A stretch of DNA of 64,000 nucleotides from Nakamurella sp. (GTDB lineage: Bacteria; Actinomycetota; Actinomycetes; Mycobacteriales; Nakamurellaceae), in NCBI GenBank assembly GCA_017848755.1, contig JAFIHI010000091.1:350-64349 (forward strand). The letters are read 5' to 3'. Numbering within the stretch: the first letter of the stretch is position 1; each line of letters starts with the position of its first letter. A model generated the notes under the pieces. It was not told the DNA's origin and made no database searches. It saw only the letters and a program-made list of their open reading frames with translations. A program made the position numbers and the translations under genes. Of this stretch, positions 31,191 to 40,669 are shown piece by piece.

Positions 31191-31796
31191 ATGGTGATCG
31201 ATATGTCAACGGCGGCACACGATCCCGGTCCCGATGCATTGCCCGGCGTGGGCACCGGCCTGGGGGCTGACACCGGCCTTGCCGCCGGCCCGGAGCGGCG
31301 ACCGGCGACCGACGCCGAGCGGCGAGCGCTGGCCAGCGTGGTGCGGCTGCGGATCCTGCGGATGTGCCTGTACGAGCCGCTCACCAACCGGCAGATCGCC
31401 GACCGGCTGGAGATGAACCCGGCGACCACGCTGCACCACGTGCGCACCCTCGTCGACCAGGGCTTCCTGGTCGCCGGCGATCCACGCCGCGGCCGACGCG
31501 GGTCTCGCGAGATCCCCTACCGAGCGACCGGCAAGTCCTGGACCCTAGAGATGGGCAACCCGCCCGAGGCGGCCGGCGTCGGTGCGCGCACCATGCTGCA
31601 GACATTCCTGGCCGAGGTCGCCGAGGTGCCCGCGTCCGCGGTCGACACCAGCCGGCTCGGCCTGCAGCTGTCGGCCGAGCATGAGGCGGAGTTGCGTTCG
31701 CGGCTGGCCGATCTGCTGGACGAGTTCGCCCGGCGATCGCACGACCCCGGCGGGCGGCGCTGGTCGATCTTCTTCGCCATCCACCCCGAGCCCTAG
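31191..31796 (+). CDS. ArsR-like winged-HTH regulator
   Basis: RALASVVRLRILRMC...LTNRQIADRLEMNPATTLHHVRTLVDQGFL...EIPYRATGKSW. Start 31191 or 31203. Confidence 0.85.
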   Translation: MVIDMSTAAHDPGPDALPGVGTGLGADTGLAAGPERRPATDAERRALASVVRLRILRMCLYEPLTNRQIADRLEMNPATTLHHVRTLVDQGFLVAGDPRRGRRGSREIPYRATGKSWTLEMGNPPEAAGVGARTMLQTFLAEVAEVPASAVDTSRLGLQLSAEHEAELRSRLADLLDEFARRSHDPGGRRWSIFFAIHPEP

Positions 31797-31902
31797 GGTG
31801 CCTTACCCTCCGGGGCCTACCGTCCGGTACGCGCACGGCACGGAAATTCGTCATATTCGAAACCTTGTCTGCCGCACTGACTATGACACACGTCGCGTGC
31901 GC

Positions 31903-32034
31903 AACGGCGTGCCCGACGATGTTCTCGCGCGGGTGGACGAGCGCGTCGAGATCCCCATGGTCGGCTGGGGTGCCAGCCTCAACGTCCCGGTGGCCGGCAG
32001 CCTCGTCGCCTACTGGCTCGCCAAGCTGTTGTGA
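31903..32034 (+). pseudogene. C-terminal fragment of a TrmH/SpoU RNA methyltransferase
   Basis: GVPDDVLARVDERVEIPMVGWGASLNVPVAGSLVAY matches the SpoU IPM.G...SLNV motif; no N-terminal part. Confidence 0.7.
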
Positions 32035-32302
32035 CGTCTCCACGCGGACGTCACAAAGCGCCACGGGTACGAGAAGCAGTGCCCACCACGGCTTGTGGCT
32101 CGCTTCTCGAGTATGACGATGTCCTCGTGCCCCGCCCATTCCTGACAGCCCGGGCACATGCTCCGGTCGCGGACGTATCATGCTGGACACGCTGGAGATC
32201 AGGGAAGGGAGGTGCGTGACCAGTGTCCGAAACCGAATGCGCGCCTCCCGGTACCGACTGACCGATGATGTCAGCGGGGGCGCCGACAGTGGAAGGTGCC
32301 CC

Positions 32303-32719
32303 ATGGCAGAGAGCAGTACCCCATCGCCCGGTCACGTGCCGGCCTCCGGCGACGCTACTTCTTCAGCGCCTTCGGATTCGCTGATCGCTCAGCTCCGTCG
32401 TGCGTTCGACGCGGTCGACACACTCGTCACGAACATTCGTCCCGACCAGTGGTCGATGCCGACGCCGTGCACGGACTGGACCGTGCGGCGGCTCGTGGAT
32501 CACCTGGTAGGCATGAACCTCGTGTTCACGGCACTGCTGGAAGACCAGCTGCCTCCACAGCGGCGCCAGTTCAGTGCCAACGCCGAAAACCGTGACAACG
32601 ACCGGGATGGTGATCGCCACGACGATCCGGTCGGCGCCTTTCGCACGTCGGCGGCGAACATCGTCATCGGCGATTCGGGGACCGAGCCAACACACGACCG
32701 CGGCCCGCTCCGCGGGTGA
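32303..32719 (+). pseudogene. Truncated TIGR03086 / MDMPI-like (DinB superfamily) protein
   Basis: PDQWSMPTPCTDWTVRRLVDHLV motif. Homology appears to end near RTSAA; 138 aa with no C-terminal metal-site region. Confidence 0.6.
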
Positions 32720-32758
32720 CATGTCGGAATGCCACAGTACGTGCGGCATCCGGCCCTA

Positions 32759-33430
32759 CTACGCTCGCACCGCCGCCCAGGCATCGCCGGCAACGATGAG
32801 GTGATCGAGGAAGCGCAGCCCGCAGTCGGCCGCCGCCGTGCGGAGCTCCGCGGTCACGGCGCGGTCGGCGTCGGTCGGCCGGGTCGTTCCGCCCGGATGC
32901 TGGTGGGCGACCGCGAAGGCTGCGCCGCTGGCCTCGACCACGCGTTGCAGGACGTCGGCGACGGGCACCACGGCGTGCCCTTCGCAGCTCTCGGCCACCG
33001 GGACAATCCTCATGAGCCGGAGCCGGCGATCGAGCACGATCACCAATACGGCGTGTTCGTCGCAGGCACGTAGCTCGGGCACGATGGCGGCCGCCAGCTC
33101 CGATCGCGCCGAGATTCGTGGCGTGTCGGCGGATTTGGTCGCGCGCCGGGCAAGTTCCGCGGCTGCTTGGATCCGGCAGGCGCCGACCGGCCCTACGCCG
33201 GGGAGCGCCGTCAGACCCGCGGCGGGGATCGCGAGCAGGCCGGCGGCACCGCCCGTTGCCCGCAGCACATCGGCAGCGACATCGATGACGTTCCGGCCGG
33301 CGCGGCCGGTTCCGAGCAGGACGGCGAGCAACTCCGCATCGGTGAGTAGGGCCGCGCCGAGGCGGAACAATCGCTCCCGCGGTCGCTGATCGGTGGGCAG
33401 GTCGGCCATGCGCGCACTGGGGGTCGTCAT
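32759..33430 (-). CDS. radC: RadC/JAB-domain protein
   Basis: RPRERL...LTDAELLAVLLGTG, LPGVG, HQHPGG..PTDAD, FLDHLIV. Confidence 0.88.
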   Translation of the reverse strand: MTTPSARMADLPTDQRPRERLFRLGAALLTDAELLAVLLGTGRAGRNVIDVAADVLRATGGAAGLLAIPAAGLTALPGVGPVGACRIQAAAELARRATKSADTPRISARSELAAAIVPELRACDEHAVLVIVLDRRLRLMRIVPVAESCEGHAVVPVADVLQRVVEASGAAFAVAHQHPGGTTRPTDADRAVTAELRTAAADCGLRFLDHLIVAGDAWAAVRA

Positions 33431-33500
33431 TCGGCCGACGCTAGGGCGTCATGCGGCCGCGGCCGGCTCCTAGGCAACAGGTGTGGATGGCCGACCGCGC

Positions 33501-33510
33501 TGTGGATAAC
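33501..33510. promoter_or_regulatory. TGTGGATAAC box upstream of radC
   Basis: Exact copy 70 nt upstream of radC; weaker TGTGGATGG at 33482. Confidence 0.55.
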
Positions 33511-33551
33511 TCGCCGGTCGGCTCGCTGCTCAACTCACCGCAGGGAAGCCA

Positions 33552-34739
33552 TCACTGCGACAGCGTGAGCCGCACGATCCGGTCGTCACCGGGACGCACC
33601 GTGCCGCGACCGTCCGTGTTCGACGTGGCGAGCCACAGGCTGCTGTCCGGAGCGACCGTCACTGTTCGTAACCGTCCGTAAGCGCCAGTCAATTGCGCGA
33701 TCGGCGTGGTCTCCCCCGCCGGGCCGGAGAGCGGGATCAGCCACAGCCGCTCGCCGCGCAGCGCCGCCATCGCGGCCGTCTCGCCGAGCACCGCCAGGCC
33801 ACTCGGCGATGCTTCCGACGTGGGCCAATACTTATACGGCGCAACGTATCTCGGATCGTCCGATGGGCCTTCGACCTCCGGCCACCCGTAGTTGCCGCCA
33901 GGCCGAATCAGGTTCAGCTCGTCATACGCGTTCGCGCCGAACTCGCTCGCCCACAGGCGCCCATTCGCGTCGAACGCGAGCCCCTGCACGTTGCGGTGCC
34001 CGTAGCTGTAGACCAGCGGCGCGTCGGCGAACGGGTGTCCGGGCACGGGCGCGCCGTCCGCGGTGATGTGCAGGATCTTGCCGCCGAGCGAACCGAGATC
34101 CTGCGCGCGGGAAGATACCGTCGCGTCGCCGGTGCCGACGAACAGCGTGCCGTCGGGCGCCGCGAGGAGGCGCCCGCCGTCGTGGAACTGCGCGGCCGGG
34201 ATGCCGGTGAGGATGTCGCGCTGCCCGACGATCCGTGTCGCTCCCTCGTCGAGAGTGATTGCCGCGACGCGGTTGTCATGCCCTGCCGTGTAGTAGACGA
34301 AGACGGTGTGGTCGGTCCAGAAGGTCGGCGACACGGCCAGGCCGAGGAGCCCGCCCTCGCCACCGGGCACCACCCCGGCAACGGTACCGACCGTTCGCAC
34401 CCCGTGGCCGGTGGCGGCGATCGCCTTCAGCTTCGCGGTGTCGCGTTCGGTCACCAGGGCGGTGCCGTCGGGCAGGAACCCGAGGCCCCACGGCGTGGTC
34501 AGCCCGGTCGCGATCGTTCCGGCGACCGTGACGGCGGGCAGTGCCGTCGCGCGCGTCGACGCCGCCGTCTCGCCTGTCGACGTAGGCGGCACCGCCGATG
34601 ACGTTGTTCCCGTGGCGGTGCCGGTACCGGGTGCCTTGCCCCCCACGCCGCTGCAGGCCGACGCCAGCACCACCGTGATCGCCAGCACCGCGGCGAGGCG
34701 CGCCGACGGTCGCGTCCAGGCAGCAGGTCGGCGGTCCAT
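33552..34739 (-). CDS. PQQ-dependent sugar dehydrogenase (glucose/sorbosone DH) lipoprotein
   Basis: Lipobox LASAC, TTPWGLGFLPDG, GEGGLLGLAV, HDGGRL, SYGHRNVQGL, GGNYGWP. Confidence 0.9.
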   Translation of the reverse strand: MDRRPAAWTRPSARLAAVLAITVVLASACSGVGGKAPGTGTATGTTSSAVPPTSTGETAASTRATALPAVTVAGTIATGLTTPWGLGFLPDGTALVTERDTAKLKAIAATGHGVRTVGTVAGVVPGGEGGLLGLAVSPTFWTDHTVFVYYTAGHDNRVAAITLDEGATRIVGQRDILTGIPAAQFHDGGRLLAAPDGTLFVGTGDATVSSRAQDLGSLGGKILHITADGAPVPGHPFADAPLVYSYGHRNVQGLAFDANGRLWASEFGANAYDELNLIRPGGNYGWPEVEGPSDDPRYVAPYKYWPTSEASPSGLAVLGETAAMAALRGERLWLIPLSGPAGETTPIAQLTGAYGRLRTVTVAPDSSLWLATSNTDGRGTVRPGDDRIVRLTLSQ

Positions 34740-34762
34740 GCCCGCCAGTCTCCCCAATTTTT

Positions 34763-34826
34763 CGCCGAGCGGTGCGAAATGCAGCGTTTCGTGACCGGTT
34801 TGTCCCCAATTTCGCACCGCTCGGCG
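34763..34826. repeat. REP-like palindromic element, copy 1
   Basis: CGCCGAGCGGTGCGAAAT-N28-ATTTCGCACCGCTCGGCG, perfect 18-bp arms. Confidence 0.8.
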
Positions 34827-34857
34827 GGGCTGGCGAGCGCGCGGTGGGGCCGTGCGG

Positions 34858-36132
34858 TCAGCGTTTGGCGACGGCCCAGCGAAGGCGGCCTGCGCCGATG
34901 GTGGTGAAGGCGACAGCGAGCGCCAGCATGATGCCGCTGATCGCCCAGCGCAGCGGCCAGAGCATCGAACCGGGCAGCATGTCGTTGTAGCTGGCGGCAA
35001 CGCCGTAGCTGCGCATGCAGGCGAGCATTTCCTGGGCGTTCGCGTTGATGTATTCGACCGAGTTTTGGTACCCCGATTCCGGTTGTGCTGCGACAACGCC
35101 AGATCCGTCCACGGATACCCCCACCCCACCGCTTTCGCCCTCCGGCTTCACACCCGCGGCGATAGCGGCCGCATTTCCGGCTTTGTCCGCCTTCGCGAAA
35201 CAACCGGACTTCTGCGCACTCGACGTCGTGACCTTCCGCCCGCCGGCGTCGAGATAGCCACCACCGATCCACCGCGCGTTGCGGTCGAAGTCTGTGCTGG
35301 GGCTTTGTCCATTGTCGGACCGCTGGGCGTCGAGTTCGGCCTGCGTGATCGGCCGATAGATGTCCGCGAGCGGGGTCACGGTGCGCTGCGCCGGCAGCAC
35401 ATCCGGCTGGACGTTGCCCACGCCCAGCAGGATCGCGCCGGACGCAAGCATGCCGACCACCAGCGTCGTCACGACGTTCCGGGCGTACATGCCGATCGCG
35501 ATCGCCAACCCGAAGGCCATGAGGCCGGTCGCGGCGGGGACGATGCCGCGCGCGAAGAAATTCGACTCGGCCAATCCGAAATAGGCGGTTTCTTCGACGG
35601 TCTGGTCCGTCCATTCCATCAAGAAGCCGAGCGCCAGCAGGCCGCCGACCAGCGGCACCACCATCGGGGTGACCTTCGCGAGGAACCACCGGGTTCGCCC
35701 GACCGACTGGGTGAGCGCGAGAACCTGTGTGCCGTGGCCGAACTCGCGCGTGAAGATGGGCGCGGCAGCGAACACGCCCAGCACGACAGGCCCAGCGAGC
35801 ATGGCCGTGTGCGCCAGCGACGACCACGTGGCGAACCCGTAATTCCACCAGACCTGCCTGCCATCCGTGTCCACACAGCCCAGCCCGGAATTGTTTCCAG
35901 CGGATCCGAAGAGCGCGCATCCGAACTCGTGATACACGGCGATGATCCGCGCCCGCAGGATGATGAGCGCAGCCGCGCCCACCGCCATCACGGCGAGCAG
36001 CACCGCGATCTGCAGCCGATGCTGGCGCCAGGCGACCCACCACATGCCATGTGGCGCAGCACCTTTCCACTCCGGCCTGCTCACGAAATCGCGCGGAGAC
36101 ACACGTGCTGCGTGGTGCGTTGGACTCGTCAT
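34858..36132 (-). CDS. ABC-2 type permease subunit (YtrC-like)
   Basis: WWVAWRQHRLQ, AAPIFTREFGHGTQVLALTQSVGRTRWFLAK, C-terminal WPLRW TM. Confidence 0.8.
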   Translation of the reverse strand: MTSPTHHAARVSPRDFVSRPEWKGAAPHGMWWVAWRQHRLQIAVLLAVMAVGAAALIILRARIIAVYHEFGCALFGSAGNNSGLGCVDTDGRQVWWNYGFATWSSLAHTAMLAGPVVLGVFAAAPIFTREFGHGTQVLALTQSVGRTRWFLAKVTPMVVPLVGGLLALGFLMEWTDQTVEETAYFGLAESNFFARGIVPAATGLMAFGLAIAIGMYARNVVTTLVVGMLASGAILLGVGNVQPDVLPAQRTVTPLADIYRPITQAELDAQRSDNGQSPSTDFDRNARWIGGGYLDAGGRKVTTSSAQKSGCFAKADKAGNAAAIAAGVKPEGESGGVGVSVDGSGVVAAQPESGYQNSVEYINANAQEMLACMRSYGVAASYNDMLPGSMLWPLRWAISGIMLALAVAFTTIGAGRLRWAVAKR

Positions 36133-36163
36133 GACCTCGACCCCTTTCCTGAGCTTTCCTTCA

Positions 36164-36223
36164 CCGAGCGGCGCGAAATGTCGCATCCCGTGCCCGATTC
36201 GTCCGCCATTTCGCACCGCTCGG
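36164..36223. repeat. REP-like palindromic element, copy 2
   Basis: CCGAGCGGCGCGAAAT-N28-ATTTCGCACCGCTCGG; same arms and spacer length as copy 1, one mismatch. Confidence 0.8.
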
Positions 36224-36232
36224 CGCGGGGGT

Positions 36233-37144
36233 TCACGGCTTCACCTTGCCCGCGCGGAGGTGGGCGAGGACGACGTCATCCAGTGACGGATCGGCGATGG
36301 TCCAGCCCTCCGGAAGCGGGCCTACCGGCCGATCGACCAGTAGGGTGGTTTGTCGCGCGGCGTGCTGTTCCTCGACGATGCAGCTCTCCGGCAGGAAGCC
36401 GAGGTCGCCCGGCGAGGTGCCCGGCCCCACGAGAACCCGGTGCGTGGCGAGGATCTCGTCGATCGGGCCGGCAAGCGTGATCCGCCCACCGCCCCCGACG
36501 GCCGTGCCCATCACCAGCACGTCCTCGCATAGATCGACCACCTCCCCCAGGATGTGCGAGGACATGAGTACCGTCATGCCTGTATCGGCGACCTCCGTCA
36601 TCAACGTCTGCTGAACCTCCAAGCGCGCCAACGGATCCAGATCCGCCAGCGGCTCATCCAGCAACAGCACCGAGGGCCGCCGGGCGAGCACCAGCGCCAG
36701 CGCGAGCCGCGTGCGCTGGCCGCCGGAGAGCGTCCGCACCCGCTGCGAGCGGTCCAGCCCGGCGGCGTCGACCAGCTCATCGGCGTGCACCGCGTCCCAG
36801 CGCGCATTCAAATGCCGTGCTATTTCCAGCATGTCGCGCACCCGGTATTGCCGGTAGAGCGGCTTGTCCTGCGCCAGGTAGCCGAGATCCGGATGCGAGG
36901 GTGACGCCGTCACCGCCGCTCCTTGCACCTCGATCCGGCCCTCGGTGGACGCGTGCAGCCCGGCGACCGCCGACATCAGCGTCGACTTGCCGGCACCGTT
37001 CGGGCCGATCAGCGCCGTCACGGCGTGCGGCCGGAGGTCGAAGGTGCAGCCACGCAGCACCCACTTCTTCCCGTAGCGCTGGCCCACCTGGTCCACCCGC
37101 AGCGGGACGGTGTCGATCAGGGGCTGTGCCATCGGCGGTGTCAT
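36233..37144 (-). CDS. ABC ATP-binding protein (YtrB-like)
   Basis: GPNGAGKST, LSGGQRTRLAL, LLDEPLADLDP, SSHILGE. Confidence 0.9.
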   Translation of the reverse strand: MTPPMAQPLIDTVPLRVDQVGQRYGKKWVLRGCTFDLRPHAVTALIGPNGAGKSTLMSAVAGLHASTEGRIEVQGAAVTASPSHPDLGYLAQDKPLYRQYRVRDMLEIARHLNARWDAVHADELVDAAGLDRSQRVRTLSGGQRTRLALALVLARRPSVLLLDEPLADLDPLARLEVQQTLMTEVADTGMTVLMSSHILGEVVDLCEDVLVMGTAVGGGGRITLAGPIDEILATHRVLVGPGTSPGDLGFLPESCIVEEQHAARQTTLLVDRPVGPLPEGWTIADPSLDDVVLAHLRAGKVKP

Positions 37145-37533
37145 ACTCGCTCCTCCCTAAACGTCCGATCTAGTTGTGCCTTCACGAGGGCCTCCACGGC
37201 GGGGCGGTCCAGGCCGGCGTCACGCGCATCGACCAGCCATGCCCGCAGCGATCCGGCCAGCGGGGAGGCCGACTCGTCCACCACCCGCTCCGGCACGGCG
37301 ATGACGAAAGTTCCTGCGCCGGCCCGTGTTTCGACCACGCCCTGCACATCGAGCTGTCGATAGGCCTTGAGCACCGTGTTCGGGTTGATGCCGGTGGAAG
37401 CCACCACCTCCCGGGCGGTGGGCAACTGGTCGCCGACGCGCAACCTGCCCAGCAGCACGGCGTCCCGCACCTGGTGCACGATCTGCGCGTAGGCGGCGGT
37501 GCCGCTGCGTCGCTCGATCCGGAACTCGATCAC
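37141..37533 (-). CDS. GntR family regulator, YtrA subfamily
   Basis: AYAQIVHQVRDAVLLGRLRVGDQLPTAREV...INPNTVLKAYRQL...GAGTFV; short C-terminus. Confidence 0.9.
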   Translation of the reverse strand: MIEFRIERRSGTAAYAQIVHQVRDAVLLGRLRVGDQLPTAREVVASTGINPNTVLKAYRQLDVQGVVETRAGAGTFVIAVPERVVDESASPLAGSLRAWLVDARDAGLDRPAVEALVKAQLDRTFREERV

Positions 37534-37538
37534 GCAAA

Positions 37539-37556
37539 TCACCATATAAGTAGTGA
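37539..37556. promoter_or_regulatory. Imperfect palindrome, probable YtrA operator
   Basis: TCACCATATAAGTAGTGA immediately upstream of the GntR start. Confidence 0.55.
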
Positions 37557-37634
37557 ATTGATTTGCACAAGCGTGTGGTTCGGCGAGTCCGGCCGCCCTT
37601 GGGGCGGATCGCGCCCCGCCGTAATGTGGGCACC

Positions 37635-38675
37635 ATGCACCGGATCTTCGCGACCGCGGTGGCGGGCGTGGCGCTGCTGGTGCTCGGTGGGTGCGGGGGC
37701 GGCGGGGCGGCACACCCCGCGGGCACCGGATCCGCCACACACTCGGTGGACGTCACCCCGGACACCGGAACGACGGTTACGACCGACGGCGGGGCAGATA
37801 CCGGCACCGCCAGCACCGCCAGCACCGCACCCCCCACCGCGAGCACCACGATCGATGCCCAGAGTTCCTCGGTCGGCCCCGCGGCCAGTACCAAAGAGAG
37901 TGCTACGTCGAGCCGCAGCGCGCTGCCCGAGATCGCGCACATCGTCGTCATAGTCGAGGAGAACCGTTCTGCCGACGACATTCTCGGCAATCCAGCCGCA
38001 CCGTACATCAATTCGCTCGCCCAGGCGGGTGCGACGCTGACCAACTCCTACGCGATCACCCATCCCAGCGAGCCGAACTACCTCGCCCTGTTCTCCGGAT
38101 CCACGCAGGGCCTGACCACCGACGCCTGCCCACTCCGTTTCGACGGGACGAATCTCGCCGGCCAGTTGGCGGCCGCCGGCAAGGACTTCCGCGGTTACTC
38201 CGAGGGGCTCCCCCGGGCCGGGTTCACCGGTTGCACGGCCGGTCCGTACGCCCGAAAGCACGCGCCCTGGACCAACTTTGCGAATGTTCCGGACGCCGTG
38301 AACCAGCCTTTCACCGCCTTCCCATCCGACTACACACAGCTGCCCGCCGTGTCGTTCGTGATCCCAGATCTCAAGCACGACATGCACAACGGCACGATCG
38401 CCGAGGGGGATGCCTGGCTGCGCGAGCACCTGGGCGGCTACGTCGATTGGGCGACGACCCACGACAGCCTGCTGGTACTCACCTGGGACGAGGATGACGG
38501 CAACCACGGCAATCGCATCCCGACCATCATCGTCGGCGCACACGTCCAACCGGGCAGCTACGACGAGTACGTGAACCATTACCGACTGTTGCGCACCTTG
38601 GAAGCTCTCGAAGGCCTAGAGCCGACCGGCGACGCGGCGTCGGCCACACCGATCACCGACATCTGGGCAGGCTGA
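37635..38675 (+). CDS. Acid phosphatase / phosphoesterase family lipoprotein
   Basis: Lipobox LGGC, HIVVIVEENRS, THPSEPNYLALFSG, RKHAPW, DMHNG, TWDED. Confidence 0.88.
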   Translation: MHRIFATAVAGVALLVLGGCGGGGAAHPAGTGSATHSVDVTPDTGTTVTTDGGADTGTASTASTAPPTASTTIDAQSSSVGPAASTKESATSSRSALPEIAHIVVIVEENRSADDILGNPAAPYINSLAQAGATLTNSYAITHPSEPNYLALFSGSTQGLTTDACPLRFDGTNLAGQLAAAGKDFRGYSEGLPRAGFTGCTAGPYARKHAPWTNFANVPDAVNQPFTAFPSDYTQLPAVSFVIPDLKHDMHNGTIAEGDAWLREHLGGYVDWATTHDSLLVLTWDEDDGNHGNRIPTIIVGAHVQPGSYDEYVNHYRLLRTLEALEGLEPTGDAASATPITDIWAG

Positions 38676-38710
38676 GTCGAGGCGCCGGATACACACCGTC
38701 GCAGACGAAC

Positions 38711-38760
38711 GTCGCGGCCGTCATCTCCGTGTCGCAACGCCCGTCATCTCCGGGTCGCGA
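38711..38760. repeat. Short degenerate tandem repeat (GTCGC..CCGTCATCTCCG)
   Basis: CCGTCATCTCCG twice, each preceded by GTCGC; third partial unit at 38754. Confidence 0.6.
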
Positions 38761-38867
38761 CGTCTCCCTCGACGGACGACCACGGCCGCTCGGCAGCGGA
38801 CCTGAGATTCCTGAGAGGGCCTCCAGGTCGGGCGCTCGTAGCCTGGGTACCGGACCCGCGATGCCCC

Positions 38868-38909
38868 GCAGTGCTTCCGCGGCAGTGCTCCCGCGGCAGT
38901 GCTTCCGAG
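38868..38909. repeat. 14-bp tandem repeat x3 (GCAGTGCTYCCGMG)
   Basis: Units at 38868, 38882 and 38896, ending just before the RBS of the GDPD gene. Confidence 0.85.
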
Positions 38910-38921
38910 ATGAGGGAGACC

Positions 38922-40556
38922 ATGACCGGTGACCCCGATCCGTCGGCCGCGATCGACAAACCGCCGGATCAGCAGACCCAGCGCCGCGACCACCCCCCGG
39001 ATCAGCGGCCCAATCGCCGCACGGTTCTGGGAGCGCTAGGCCTGGGGACGGTCGGGGGCCTCGTCGGCGGTGCTGCGGCCGGCGCCGCGATCGCCGGGCG
39101 CGGCTCGCCCGCCACGGGGACGGCGACGGGCACGACTATGGGCGCGGCCGATAACCTCCCGCCAACCCAGAGGGTCACCGTCGAGAGCTGGCGAGCCACC
39201 AGGGGACAGCATTACTTCATCGCGCACCGCGGCTCCGGCGACGTGTACCCCGAGCATTCGCTCGACGCCTACCGCGCCGCGCTGGGGGCGGGCGCCCAGT
39301 GCCTGGAAATCAGCGTGGTGGCGACATCGGACGGCCAGCTCATCTGCCAGCACGACCTCACCTACGACCGGACGACGACCGCCACGGGGCGCGCCGCGAC
39401 GCAGCCCTCGACCATCCTCCGATCCGTCGCGCTCCGCGCTCCCCAGCTGGGTCCGGCCTGGGGAGAGAATCCGCTCCCGCGGATCGCTCTGCTCGCAGAC
39501 GCTCTCGAGCTGGTGCGCAACCGGGCGGTGGTATGTCTGGAGGCCAAGGACGACGACGCATATCCGGCGACCATCGCGATGGCGGAACGGCTTGGCATGC
39601 GAGATTCGGTGATTATCAAGGCATTTCACGCCAGCCACCGTATTGCCGAGGCGAAGAAGGCCGGGTATCCGGTGTTCGCCTATTTCGGCGTGCCTGCAGA
39701 CATCACGGCATCGAACATGGCGTCCCTGGCAACACTCCTGCACCCGGATTCCGACTATCTGGTGATCCCGGCGTACGACAGCACCACGCCCCACGGGTAT
39801 CTGGCTGCGGAAGCTCTCCGACGGTGCCTGGACACCACCATTCCGGTCTGGGTGTACCCGGTCCATCGACGGGTAGATGCCGTCCACTTCTTCTCCCAAG
39901 GGGTCGCGGGCGTGGTGACCTCGAGTTACCCCTACGTCACGAGTTCGGTGCCGTCCGCCACCGCGGACTCCTGGAAATATCGCGCCATCGCTCCCGGCGA
40001 AATGAGCCGCGATCCGGCGTCGGCGACGTGGGCACCCACCTGGCAGGACCCCGACCAGCTCGCCCTCGCGGTACGCGGCGGCCAGCACTTCATGACGCTG
40101 GGCCAGCTCTCGCCGATCAGCGCGGCGCAGGGAAGCTACTCGATCACGTTCGACGCCGCGTTCCAGACGATGCCCAGCGACAGCTCCGCGAACATCACCC
40201 TGGCGTTCGGGCACACCGACGACCGCTACTACGAGCACCAATTGGGCGCCAGCACCGGCTATCACGCCATCCAGCGCGCGGACGGACGGCTCGAACTCTA
40301 TGCACACATCGCGGGCCGCACCGCCGGCATCCCACTCGGCACCGCCCAGCAATTGCCCGCCCCGCGTCCGGGCGAGTGGATGTCCTTCCGCCTCGACGTC
40401 ACTCCCACGACACTCGCCTGGTCGCGCGACGTCGGCGGCTCCTGGACGACGATCTCCGCGACCGACCGGCGCATTCGCGGCGGGTATGTCCACATCGGCC
40501 GCAGCTCGCACGATGGCACGGCGGCATTCCGCCACCTCGCGATCACCGCGGCGTGA
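38922..40556 (+). CDS. Tat-exported glycerophosphodiester phosphodiesterase-family protein with C-terminal beta-rich domain
   Basis: NRRTVLG Tat motif, FIAHRGSG..PEHSLDAY, LICQHD, CLEAK. Confidence 0.8.
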   Translation: MTGDPDPSAAIDKPPDQQTQRRDHPPDQRPNRRTVLGALGLGTVGGLVGGAAAGAAIAGRGSPATGTATGTTMGAADNLPPTQRVTVESWRATRGQHYFIAHRGSGDVYPEHSLDAYRAALGAGAQCLEISVVATSDGQLICQHDLTYDRTTTATGRAATQPSTILRSVALRAPQLGPAWGENPLPRIALLADALELVRNRAVVCLEAKDDDAYPATIAMAERLGMRDSVIIKAFHASHRIAEAKKAGYPVFAYFGVPADITASNMASLATLLHPDSDYLVIPAYDSTTPHGYLAAEALRRCLDTTIPVWVYPVHRRVDAVHFFSQGVAGVVTSSYPYVTSSVPSATADSWKYRAIAPGEMSRDPASATWAPTWQDPDQLALAVRGGQHFMTLGQLSPISAAQGSYSITFDAAFQTMPSDSSANITLAFGHTDDRYYEHQLGASTGYHAIQRADGRLELYAHIAGRTAGIPLGTAQQLPAPRPGEWMSFRLDVTPTTLAWSRDVGGSWTTISATDRRIRGGYVHIGRSSHDGTAAFRHLAITAA

Positions 40557-40669
40557 AGACCGCTCGCCATCAGTATCGAATATGACGATTATGACGACGT
40601 TCGCGGCGAAGCCGGCGGGCCGTGTCCGCCTGCCAAGCGCACATCGGCGGGTTCCGGCAGGGTGAAGGC

